The notes under the pieces: generated by a model
Told to the model about the DNA's origin: nothing
Seen by the model: the letters and a program-made list of their open reading frames with translations, nothing else
The model's database searches: none
In this document: positions 23,206 through 35,500 of the stretch, piece by piece
Position numbering within the stretch: the first letter of the stretch is position 1
How the letters are laid out: each line of letters begins with the position of its first letter
Source of the DNA: Lepidodermella squamata
Lineage: Eukaryota; Animalia; Gastrotricha
Assembly (NCBI GenBank): GCA_047495785.1
Contig: JBLDXI010000004.1
Span: 434,001-498,000, forward strand
Length of the DNA: 64,000 nucleotides
Reading direction: 5' to 3'
Translations under genes and position numbers: made by a program

Positions 23206-26200
23206 TTACTTTTTTTTGAATTGACCCGTAGGGATTGAATCACAAATAACAAAATATTTGCCGTCACATTTCCTCACGGCGAAAGCTTTCTTCAGCTCAA
23301 GGTCACGCGGATTTTTCAAAACAAAAGTCACATTACGAGGATACTTAACCTCATATTGTCCAATTTTTTTCGAGTAAGAAGTAGTAATATTAATATTATT
23401 GTACGGCTTTAACAGAAGTTCTATTTCGTTGCTAGCGATTTTCCGAATTAAACAAATCAAGGCGAACTTTGGATGGTGATCATCGGTGAACCAGTCGCTG
23501 CTTGGGTTGAGGAGAACGGCCATGCCTTCAGCATAGAATGCCCCTTGATACCTCAACTCGTTAAAAACATGTAGGCGGCCAGGCAGATTGAGAGACTTCT
23601 TGAACCGATCGCCAATATGAACTTGATCGAGTGTAAGTTCATGGCCACCATCGATATGAGGCTCTTCGCCAAGCTTCTCGAGGAAGACCGTCGTTTGTTG
23701 AGAAGCATAGTTGGCCATGGATAATTTGAGATTTTTGTAGGACTTGACGCAGCGCTTAAGCTCCTGAAATTTCCTCTCAAACTTGAAAGTCGCGTGCAAT
23801 CTAAACAATGAAGAAAATGAGTTAGGACAGCCTTCTTAAATTTCCGAAAAATTTCCGAAAAATTTAAAAGTGATTTTTCAGGTCAGCTACGCAATTTACG
23901 AGTCAATCGCTCTAAAAATCGCTCATTTTTTCAATTTTCGGGTTTCATTTGTGAAGTTTTATTTTGACACTTTAATGTTGCGAAAAATTTTTTTACACGG
24001 CGGATAGTAATTTTGAATTTATTTTGAAATTAAATCAAGTTTGAAAATGTATTTCCGATTTTTTTTTAATTTTCAAAATAGTCGAGAAGTTAAAAGTTGA
24101 AAATGGTGTTAAAAACCGGTTACCTCCAGACTGCAAAAATTATTATTTTAAGTAGGATTTTTCTAATGAAATTTTCTCAATTTACTATCCTAAAATCCTA
24201 TATCCTGTAATCCTATATTTATTTTAATTTATTGAAATTATCGTGAAATGACCTGAGAAAAAAATTGAAATTTCTTCGAACGGTACTCTCAATTAAATTA
24301 AATTAAATTGAAATAATTGTATATGGCTTACATTGCTGGACCGAAATCATCGATCTGATCACCGTAGTGCCGCATGAAATGGTGCTTTGTTCTTATGAAC
24401 GCTGTGCCATACAACGAAACGAGATTTTTGATGTAGCCGTCGACAAGAGCCATCAATTCGCGCAAATCATTCGGGTAAAACAGCGGCGAAAACAAATAGC
24501 CGCCCAATCTGAGGCCGGACTGGAAAACAACCCAATGCTTCGATTTGTAAAACTTTTCAGCATTTCGAAGCGGGAAATTGCTCAGCAGAAATGACAGCCT
24601 GTAGCACAGGGTTCGCAACTGAGCGCCGCTGAGATTGATAGATATTTTCTTCGTCTTCGCATCAATTTTAAAATTGCCAAGAGGCTTTCCTTCGTGCTTC
24701 GCGAGCCGATCCCAACGAAATTTCTTGATGTGCGCATTGAATTCAGGAATTGAGAGTCCATAGACGCTTTTGAGAATTTCTAGAACCATGAGCAGATTGT
24801 ACAAAAAAATGCCCTCAGCAACGTCATGGAGGAGATCGGACAATAAGCAGCTTGGAAATAATTCGGCCAAAAATTCCGTATCCAACAACGCACATCTGCC
24901 TCCGCTCATTCCCGTCTCAGTTTGCCTATAAAATATAAAAATCCTTTGAAATCTTGATCAGAAAAATATTTGCGGATACGGAAAATTGAATAGGGACTGA
25001 ATAAATGAATTCACTGAATAAATTAGTCAAAAATAATCGATAAACTGATGAAAAGAAGTTTCCTAATTTGAAACAGAATTTTTTGTAATTTTTGGAAAAT
25101 TTTCGAAATCGGAATGAATTTCCATAAATTCAAATTTGAAAATACTTTCTGAATGGGCTTCGGTAAAATCGCGGATAAAGTAAGGAAGATTCTCCCGATA
25201 GGTTCAATTTTGAGAAATTCGTTGGATTTCCTACAAGAAATTGCAAAGTTAAAAATGGCCGCGAAACTTATGGGACACGCTTGAATTTTCTCAGAAAAAA
25301 TTAAACATATGTATTTGTTATTTTTGAAGTCATTAAAAAACCCCAATACGTAGGAAGTTTTGTTTTTCTAAATTTTTCTCATTTTTTATTATACTAATAT
25401 CAATTTTGGATAGCCGCACTGAGAATTTGAAAAGTTTGGAATTTTCGAAATTTTTTAGTTCAAAGAAAGCAGCAATTTTTACCGTTGGCGCCGTTGAGTC
25501 ACATTTTTGCTGCTGTTGATGTAGTTGACGCTGTCTTCGCACGACTGAGATGTTCGAAGTTCAGGTTTCGATGTGGTCGAAGCCAAATCGACTCTTTCCG
25601 TCAGGCATTTGCGACATGGTACACGGCCCAAGCTGAAACCGAGTAAGAATCCTCCGATTTCATGAGCCGCCGGCGAATCAGCCGCATTTCCAATTGGAAC
25701 AATTCGGACGGTACCAGGAAACGCAGGACTTGTAATCTCCTCATTGATTTCTTCATTCAGTCTCGCGATGACTTTGTTCAACGCTGAAATTTTAATCAGG
25801 AGTTCAACAACTGAAAAAATTGAAAATAATGAGAAAATACCCGCTGTTTTAGCTGCTCCCGTTCCCAAGTCAGCCGATTTAGCCAGCGCTAAATTGAAGA
25901 CTGAATCAGACGTCGACAAATCTTCAGGTGTTTCCACATAAGACCAGTGAAAGGCCGCCAACTTCGTGCCCTTCAAAAAAGGGCCTATCGCCGAGCCAGC
26001 AACAAATTCGTCGTAATAAACTATGATGAGAACGCAATAGTCAGCTTCGATTTGCTCGAGCAGCCATTGAACCTTTCTGCCATCCAAAACGGACGAAATT
26101 TTCCCATCTGAATCAACAAATGAAAAAGCCGTGAATCAAAAGAAATTACGATTTGATGCGCTTCGATCATTAAAATTTTAAAACTAAACGAATACGTGGA

Positions 26201-27409
26201 ATACAACTCAGAACAATCCAGCCGTGTTCAGGCGATGAAACGCCGTTGGAAGTAGTGAAAAAGTCAGTTATGTGTAAAGAAGTGGTTAATATGTGAAGAG
26301 TGGTGAGTAGTTATCACAGCGAATCGCCTAAACATGGCGGACTGAGACCAAGTTCATTCCACTCTCAAAAATCAGCGCAGAAAAATCAATCAAAATTACC
26401 TGAAATTAATAATTTGAATTCTAATATTTCAGAATTATTATTTGCAGCTATTTTTTTATGTAATTTCATTACTCTTCCGCAAGTCAATATATTTCGCAAA
26501 TATTACCTAATCGAGGTCTCACTAGTCTCGTTTTCAACTGCAAATTGCGGAATTTATCGCTGGCTTCCATAGCTTGGCGAACTTGCGAGGTGACTTCCAA
26601 GTAAAGCCATTTGCCATCGAAAAGTTCCTCGATCGTTATCGTACTTGGCATTTCCTAGTAAAAAAATAAAAACATACCTTATCGTGTAAAAAATTAGCGG
26701 GGATTTTATGGGAGTTTGATTCTACTTTTTATTTTCCCATTTACAGAATATTTCGTTGAAGTATGTAATCATCTTTGAAAAATTCAAAAAGTAAAATCTG
26801 GATTTAAAAAAATAAAATCGGAAAAAAAATTCAAAAAATATATAACGTCAGATTTAATTATAAATTTAATCACCAATTTCGAATAAATTAGGGAAATAAA
26901 TATTTCTCACAAACCTGGATCGTTTTTTCTCGGTAGTAATTACTCGTGAGGCCTTTAAATATCACGCTGCTATACGTGAACGCGTTTTCGCGTGGAACAA
27001 AGACGCATAACAAAATCATGATCAGCTGAGCGATCAGAGCGAATACGTAGCTGATAGCCTTCAGCGGTAGGTGGAATCGATATTTCATTTCGAAATAGCC
27101 ACGACGCAATTTCTGGTTTATTTTGTGACAAGCTAGAAGTTCGCTCCCAGGCGGTAGCTCGTCGTCAATTGATGGTGTCAAACGCAAGTTGAGTGGGTTT
27201 GATTGCTCCTCGGCCTGATGCTGATTTGTTGGCTCGGCATTCTCATCTTGCGGGGGATCCAAGAATTCCGTCAAGCGTGCTCTTTTCGCTTTAGTTTCCA
27301 GCTCATCAGGCGTTGGGTGCAAATCCGTCTCGTGTTTGTTCCGAGTACTCTTGCGAAACGTCCAATAATTGCAATCTTCCGAACGGCGGCAATAATAGCG
27401 GTTATCCAT
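23206..27409 (-). CDS. CACTA/EnSpm-type DDE transposase (multi-exon)
   Basis: N-terminal C2H2-like YCRRSEDC..RNKHETDLH; YYDEF, ADSPAAHEIGGF..PCRKC, DLLHDVAEG, TKHHFMRHY..FGP, FKFERK motifs in order over exons ~27409-26915, 26655-26507, 26110-25483, 24925-24330, 23801-23206. Confidence 0.85.
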
Positions 27410-27582
27410 ATTAATTAATAACTACAAAAAAGATATGATATTATGAGCAACAAAAATCCTCATTTTAGTGCATTTACACTACTGTAGTAACCAGCTATAG
27501 CTCCTATTGCTGTTATAGGTGTGGTATTTAGATTAACATCAATTTTCTCCATTATCTACAAAACAATCAGTTCAAGTGAAAC

Positions 27583-29484
27583 TCATTTTTTCTTGATGAG
27601 AAAACTTTCATCGGGGATTCGGGAAGCTTTCGCCGGACCACGTACGCGTTTTTTCGACTGATCCTTGGCTGACGAAGTTCCAACCCTTGATGTCGATGGC
27701 GATGTGCCGCTTGCCGAACGCGTTCGGCTGCTAATCGTAGCATCGCCGGCTGGTACGAGAATCGTTAAGTTCGAACTTGTCGTTGGCTCCAGCGCCACAG
27801 TGGCACTAACAGGTACAGGTACAGGTACAGGTCCTGGCGGAGGGTGGCCAAATGCTTCCTCTCCTTCCTCACCTTCTTCCTCGTTTTCTCCTTCTTCTCC
27901 TTCCAAACCAGGAGCGGCCGGCTGCACTGGTTCGGCACTCGTGGACGGCTCGAGCTTCGGTTTTTTTATTTTTAGATGGTTTTTCAAATAGCTGCGAATT
28001 CTATCTTTAAAATGTTTCTGCAAAAATAATAAATTAAATTATTAAAAGATTTGATAAACAAAATTAATTTCAAATAAACGCTTTACTCGCTGAATTTTTC
28101 AGGAAATTAAAAAATTAAGAAGAAATTAATTCGAGAATTTTTTTTCCCGAATTTTTTAAGCAATTTTGTTCAAGTTTTTTTGAAGAATTGTTTAGAGAAT
28201 TTTGCCGAAGATTTTTTTAGAATTTTATAAAACAATTTGTTCTAGAATTTTGCGACGAATTTGTTGAAGAAATTTTTTCAATTATTATTTCAATTAATTA
28301 TTCAACAATTATTTGGCCCCAAATTTTAATCTGAGGAATTTTCGAATAATTTTGATCCCACCCACAGATTTTGTCGCTCAACTGTATACTCAAAATTGCG
28401 CGACGTGCGACGTTTCGGAATTTTTTTTAAAGGAATAGGAAAAAATCCTAATGACTGATCGTGTTCAGAAAATCGGTTTCATTTAGATTAAAAAAGTATC
28501 AATCGCGAGCCAAAAAATGAGGGTCAACTAATTTTGATCGACCTAAAAATCACGAAAACTCTACCTCCTGGTCTGAAAACTGAAAGAGCCAAGTAAACTC
28601 CGCCTTGACTGCCGTCAACACCACGTCGGCATGTTCTGGGCTAAGCGATTTCAAGGAAGGATTGTTGACCATAACGTTTCTCGCACACAGTTGGCAAAAC
28701 TCATCATAACCAGCCTGACAACACTTGTACGTGTACATTTCTTTCTGCAACAACGGGCTAAATAATGTGGTCGGTACCGCAAAGGAGAATGGTTCAGGTG
28801 CAATCTGCCAAAAAAACCAAGTCTCTTCATCATCTTCATCATTTCAGACTCGAATTTCTAAATCTGAAAATTGTTAATTTCGCAGAGCAGCTATATCCAG
28901 ATTTTTGCCTTATTTGTTTTTATTTACCTAAAATTTCAATAGGATTTTTTAATAAATCATCAGGAAATACTTTGGGACCAAAATTGGCGCGGAATTTTTT
29001 AGTAATTAATTTGAATTCTTTTAATTTCACGAAATACCCGGAAATTTTAGGCGAATTCATTATTCAAGTAGGACACAATCAGAATAACATGATTTGGTGA
29101 ATTTTTGTTCCACATCATTTTAAAGCGAAAACTCAGTTGAGAGTTGAGAGGGAAATTATTGCCCATATCAAATTTGGGCCGTACAAATTTTCGAAATCAA
29201 AATATGACATGTGAAATAAAATAAAATAAATACCTGTTGAGCCCCGAGATTGGCCCGAACATTTTTGGCCAGAACTACAAGCCCGTGGTTATTGCTGAAT
29301 ATGCCCAGTAATGTGCCGTCATCGGCATTAGCCAAATTTCGGAGGGTCAAAAAGTTGTCTGAAAAATGATCGAAATGACAAAAAGTGCTCGCCTCTCGAA
29401 TGCCACCTTACCAGCTAGGTTCTTGCAGAGTGCCTGCTTCTGAGCCTCTGTCAATAAAGGAGAACTCATGACGTCAGGATCCAT
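27583..29484 (-). CDS. CACTA accessory gene (multi-exon, unknown function)
   Basis: Exons MDPDVMSSPLLTEAQKQALCKNLA|, FLTLRNLANADDGTLLGIFSNNHGL..|, ..YKCCQAGYDEFCQLCARNV..|, KHFKDRIRSYLKNHLK + acidic/Pro/Ser tail; GT-AG borders; inside the TIRs and co-oriented with the transposase. Confidence 0.65.
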
Positions 29485-30860
29485 GATGAAAATTACGATA
29501 ATATCAAAATGCAAAAATTGTTATAGCCAGATAACTTTGAATGATCTGCTTATTCTTGGGTTTTGAATCGTTCAGTGTGAAAGTGGGGCTGATTGTTACA
29601 TAACACACTGCTTAACTGCAACGCAACACCCTTTTGGAATTATTTTAGGAATAGCTTTTTAGCTGAATTTCCGATACCGACAATAATTGTGAACACTTGG
29701 TCTCGCTCAGCCGCGAAAAATAGCTGGAAAATATGATGATTAATGGTATTTAGCTAAAAAGCTGTCAGTTTATTAGCATCTTTTTATCTCACAGACAGGC
29801 ATGGCTGATTACCCAGCTTCGGTTTATTATCATCAGCTAATAAGCTTTACTTTTTTCCTAGTGTTCCGCGGCACACGTTCAACTCGGTGATTTCGCTCAT
29901 TCAAAAACGTTTGAAAACATCGCGTGTTGTTTTTCTGCAAGTCCTGTTACAATGCTTGAAATCATGTGATGTTTGTAGTAAAACGCAAAATGTCGAAAAA
30001 ACTAGGAAAGCACGTATTTACGCTGGTCTTGCGCTGAATTAAAAGCCAATTGAGCGGCACGATAATTGCTCGCAGAAACCAATAATCTTGGGGCATCATT
30101 TAAATTTTGATTTTAAATCAAGCTGAAGTTCAGATTTCTTCCTTTTCTTTTGATTCCCTTTTGAGCTTTTATGCTCAAATATGAGGTCTGACAGAATTTT
30201 TTGGTTGTCATAATCCATGCAGGCGCTTCTCTAACCTTTTTCGCTGAGCCAGCAAGGGGTCGCCTGATGATAAAACACGAATGTGTGGTTCATTTTGTAT
30301 CCCATTCCTAGAAAAAATCTTCACAAATAGCGTTAGCTTCGCTTGCGTCCCACTTTATTCTTCTGGGCACCGGCTGAAAATGCGTTTGAGAACCCATTTT
30401 GTGAACCGGTTCCAGAAATTTTAGGGAAAAATTATGTCAATTTGGTGATATTTTTTCAGCTTGGAAGCAGAATTTAGGAATTTCGAGAATCTTTCTCAAC
30501 ACCGGAAAACGATAAAAATCGGAAAGAGTTCTGGTAAAACTCTTAGGCAGGTTTCCGATAGACACCCTATCTGAAAAAATGGAATGCAATATCACCTTAC
30601 CTCTTACTTCGCACTGCCATGTGTATTATTTAAGACCTTGAAATTATTTCAATTATTCTTGGAATTATTCGAGGACTTTCATAGTTGTCCCAGATATTCA
30701 TGCGTGATTAATGATCTCGAAATTTTCTCTGGTTAAATTCTTGACATTTATTTTGATGCCTCATCTACCATACGTGTGCCATAAACAGCAACATCAAATG
30801 TAACAGTTATCGATATGCTACTACGTTTTTGCCTCTTGTTTCTAGAAAAATTGTTACAAC

Positions 30861-31521
30861 ATGAATAGCAAAAGTGTTTCGACGCCGTTGGATAAGCCGC
30901 TACCACAGGGCAGTTCCTCGCCTAAAGCGACAATAATTTCGATAAGCACAATAGCTCCATGGGCTGACCCGTTACCAAAGCAAAACTCAGCCATACCCAA
31001 CCCGGATAGATTTTCAGCTTTTCACCCAGCGGCGGAGATCCCACTCAAACCGTCCTGCTATGTTGATTCTCCTCCACTTTTGGTAAAACTTTATTTCTCA
31101 GACTTGTTTTTGACCTGTGTTTACCCTATAGGTCACTCCCCTTTCCAACTCTCAAACTTTCCAACTTTCCGATCTGAATTTTGGTTTTCTCAGTGCTGCA
31201 GAGCATCGAAAAATTGGATTCGTCTGCGAGCAATGTCCTAATCTAAAGGTATATAATTCCTTCAACGGCTTCCGCTATCACGTTCGAACTCGCCATTTCG
31301 ATAAAATCGCTGCTACGTGCTTCGCGTGTTCGCAGCGTTTCGACAACGTGTCGCAACTCAGCAAGCATGCCTATCAGCACAGGAAGCGGCCTTCGATGAA
31401 AGCCAGCTCGACAGTTTCGCATGCAAACAATTCGCTAAAGGGCTCTTTAGTCTCGGATATTTCTTCGAATAGTCGAGTTCCGCCAAGCTCATCATTGAAG
31501 GAAATCATTGAGGTGGATTGA
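30861..31521 (+). CDS. Small two-finger C2H2 zinc-finger protein, copy 2 (2 exons)
   Basis: Paralog of 17241-17860; exon 2 (from ~31132) reads ..VCEQCPNLKVYNSFNGFRYHVRTRH..TCFACSQRFDNVSQLSKHAYQH..EIIEVD* without a stop. Confidence 0.8.
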
Positions 31522-32572
31522 TAAATGTTTGAACTGTGATGCGTATTTGTTGAAAATGCTACGATTGTAGAAATTATACAGGTTCGTGGAATTGGAATAA
31601 TAAATTCACTAACACTGATTATAATGCATTTCGTCTTTAACCATTTAGCAATAGGCGGAAAGAAATATACTAGTGCCTCACCACGGCTGTAGTAAACGTT
31701 TCAAAGTTTTCAGCACAATTTCTGAACAAGAATTATGCTGGATTCTATCATAACATTTCTCGAAATAAATGCAGTGCCAAATTGAAAAATTACCTGGCTT
31801 TGATCCCATGCCAGGAGACAGTAAAAATGCGACCTGTAGATTTTCAGATTATAACACCATATGGCCGTATGGGTGGGTAAATTCACAGATCATGTTTATT
31901 TCGATAAACAACTTGAATATATTCGGTCGTAATTCCTAAACATATCAAATGATAGAACACCACCTGTACGTATTCTTTCCAGTTACATAGTTCCAGTATC
32001 AGTTGTATAGTCGATGATGGAAACAAATTGACAGACCAGCGGGCTAAATATTTATTTTCGTCCGGTCTGGTCGAGATGGGAGGGGTTTCCAATGATTTCA
32101 AAGATTTCGAAATTCAAAATGTTCATGACCTAGTATTATTTCTAATAGACTGGATCTATGGGAATCAACCAAGCGTAGAACCTAATTTTACCTCACAATC
32201 TACTTAAGGTCAAACTCCAACGATTTAGATCTGGCCAGAGTCTACTTCTTCTTGACTGGAGAATAGACTGAAAAGGTCGAGGCAGGAAAAACTCAAAATA
32301 ACCACTCGGGGCCGAAAATACCCGAAAGTATCCCAAGCTCGATACTTCCACTTCGCACACTGCCCGTCTTACCCTGAGATAATTGAATACTGGTACAAGA
32401 ACAGTTCAAATGCAACGCGACAAAAAATCACTCCAACTCGTAAGACACTCTCTCGCAAACTACGAGGTGTTCGATAACGATTTTATTTTACTGCTGTTTT
32501 ATTTTACTTCAATGATTTCTCATCTACTTCGCACCACTTTTTCCAAGACAGCATTACATTACATGACTAGTC

Positions 32573-35500
32573 TCATGAAGAAAATGTCTCGCATAGAGCA
32601 ATGCTTCCGGTACTTGAACACGTAGTCAGGGTGTAGTAGAAATTTGCATCTGGAGATATGTCCGTTAGAACACGTTTTTTCAAAAAACCACAACCATCGC
32701 CATTGGCCGTAGCCCACTGAGCTTGAACGTACGTGAAATCTGAGCCGTCGTCCCATTTGAACACGCCGTTCTGGCGGGTGAGGCCGATCCACGCAGCGTT
32801 AATATCCGCCTCTGCCGACAGGGCTTGTCTAGCAGCAGCTAACTCAGCGTCCGACCTTATCGTAGCCGGCGCAGAATTGTTGACCTCGGCGCATTTCGAC
32901 AGGACGACATTTTGCGTTCCGTACATGCCTACTAAAAAGTAGCTCTTGGTCGCATTCTGACAGCTCGTTTGGTCAGCATATTCGATAGAAGCCGGAATGC
33001 GAAGTTCAGTAGCCGCGTCGCAGCCGGTTGTTTGAGCCACGCATCGAACAGCCGCGTCACTTTTGCCGACGCAACGGAAATAGGCGGACTGAGGTAGATT
33101 TACGCGGATTTTCACAAATCGGAAAGAACGAAAGCAGTTAACTTACGGCGGGAGGCGATATATCCTGGATGCATTTGTCGTGGTTCAGTTTGAAGATCTG
33201 CAAGCCAGTGAATAGTTTTGCCTGCCGTAGCAAAGAAGCTGATGATACAAGCCGAAAATGGGTAACACATTGTGAATCACCTGAGTTTGATCTTGAGGAC
33301 AAATTGCGTAGCAAGACGTTCGGTTGGATGTATCCTTGCACGAGACGGCATTCTATTACGAAACAGCGAATGATTAAGCTTCGAATACTCATGGCTTCAC
33401 TTACACCAAGCAGGCAAGCGTCCCTGTTGATGTAAACTCGGGTCGAAAATGTTTGGGTTTCATTGTTGGCGAAGCAGCCAGGGCTTTGGGGTCGGCAGTC
33501 GTTGAATTTGCGAGTTGTTGAATCGAAGCAGCGGATGTGCGGTTTCTCGCTGATTGGAACACTGACTACGAACAGAGAATTGTTAGTCGAGTAAATATCA
33601 GACTTTCCCTGAGTCACCTGCGCCGTTGATGCACAAAGTTAAATTCGAATACAGCGTCGAATCGGTGACCTTATTTGGTAAAAAGATTTGAGTTCTTAAT
33701 CCTCAGTTTCCGAATTGCCATTGTTTTCGCTAATTAAAAAAATCACTTTCTAATTTAAATAAAAGTTTTTCTGTTTTCTAAAATTTTATCTGTGAATTTT
33801 AGAAAATTACTATAAAATGATTCCAGAGAACCTAGTGTAAACGTATTTTCAAATAGAACAATAGCGAAACTTCGAACCCAATTTTCGGGGCAAGTGTACG
33901 GATCTGGAACACAGGTTTGGATGGCATTGTTAGAAAGGCATCGCCTGAATTGTAATTTCTAGGGCGGAGAAAACAGCAAAGCATGAACTACCACGAAAGT
34001 CGATATAATATCGATGGTTTTACGCTATAACAGACCGATCGCATACACGCCCAAAAAACTCTGCAGCATACATAAAAGTATGCAGGGCTACTAGCGCGTA
34101 TTCGGAGTACTGCGCACTATAAAAAGTACTACGCGCGCGCATAATACTATGAAATATACTTGGCCCGCAATTTTGTGGAAAAAATGAATGCACTGGAAAA
34201 TTGACCAACAAATATACTGAGCTTTTTGTGGATGTTTCCGTGAAATCTTCGGATTACCTGGTGGAGAACAGTAGAACGTATCCAGAAATTGATAAAAATG
34301 CATGTGTAACCGTGGGTATTCTGCCGTTAGGCGACCTGATAGCGACCTGAAAGTGCAAAAACCTTGAAAAAATGCACCCACTGGCGTTTTTGGCGGCGCT
34401 TCTTCAAGAAGCAGAATGGGTTCAACCACAGGTTTGTCGCATTCCCTAGTAGAGCACATAAAAGGCTTTGCTGGGAACCAAGAAATAGCTAGTTAATATG
34501 GTGGTTATCCACGGCTTTTCAGTCGTTTCCCTCCCGGCTTGCAAATCAGTGAGAAAGTGAAAATTTGGTGTTTTCAGTCGCTCTTATCTCGAATAAACCC
34601 ATGGTTGCACCATAGCTTTTTGTTGTCAAATTGGAGACGGCGCTGGGAGGAAGGTTTTGACAGGGAAAGCAGCAAGGATCCCCACAGCTTATCCACGACT
34701 TTTTCGTCGTGATTAGCACTCACTTCGTGCGACCCAACACCTCGAAAATGCATGACCTTGCGTCTTTTGGAGCACTGCTGCAAGAAACGGAATGGGTTCA
34801 ACCACAGTTTTGTCAAATTCCCTAGTACAGCACAACAAGATCTAACTTGGGAAGAAAGAAGTCCCAGTAAATGTAGTGTTTATCCACTGCTTTTCAGTCT
34901 TTTCCCTCCACTTCCGAATCAAGTCCGAATCGAAGGAAAAGTGAGCATTTAGGATCTTTCATCGCACTCATCTCGAAAAAAACCATGGCAGCACCGTAAT
35001 TTTTCGTAGTCAAATGGGGGAGGCAATTGAGAAGAAGGTTTTAAAAGGGAAAAAAGCAAAAACCACCACAACTTATCCACGACTTTTTCGTAATGCTTAG
35101 CAATGACATTTCAAGCACAAAATCGAGATTCGGAGCCGTTCTATTCTGAAACCGCACAACGCGGAGACTTTATTCCAAGTCTCACAAGTTGATAAGAGTG
35201 CCTTCTTCTATAAGGATAACTAATATGCCGGTGATACCACGAATTGGGGTATGCATTCCGCCCTGAACCGTTGCCCTGACCGCGGCAATAAGACACTCGA
35301 GATGCGGACCCATACCATTTAAATCCCCGGTATCTGTGGACTGACGTAGTACACATAGGTTTACGATTATCCTTCTTGACTCTCATGCTCGCTTGCATCA
35401 ACTTAAAGAAAATACGGTGGTAAAACCAGTAGATTTTGCTAATTACTCCTGCGGAATGCTCTTTGTGAGATGTAAGTAAGTTGGTTTCCCTTTGATTTAG

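Larger units (their letters stand above)
18207..29863 (-). mobile_element. CACTA/EnSpm (CMC superfamily) DNA transposon, full length, with nested LINE
   Basis: TIRs CACTAGGAAAAAAGTA(T/A)AG(T/C)TTATTAGCT at both ends, 2-bp TT duplication, subterminal TTATTAGCT repeats, internal transposase exons. Confidence 0.9.

Noticed and set aside
33400-33570. Kunitz-like look of module 4 (RCFDSTT..C..GC..NE..C)
   Set aside because: Only four Cys, no FxYGGC or NNF motif, different spacing; the other modules lack the resemblance. A remote relationship is left to a structure search.
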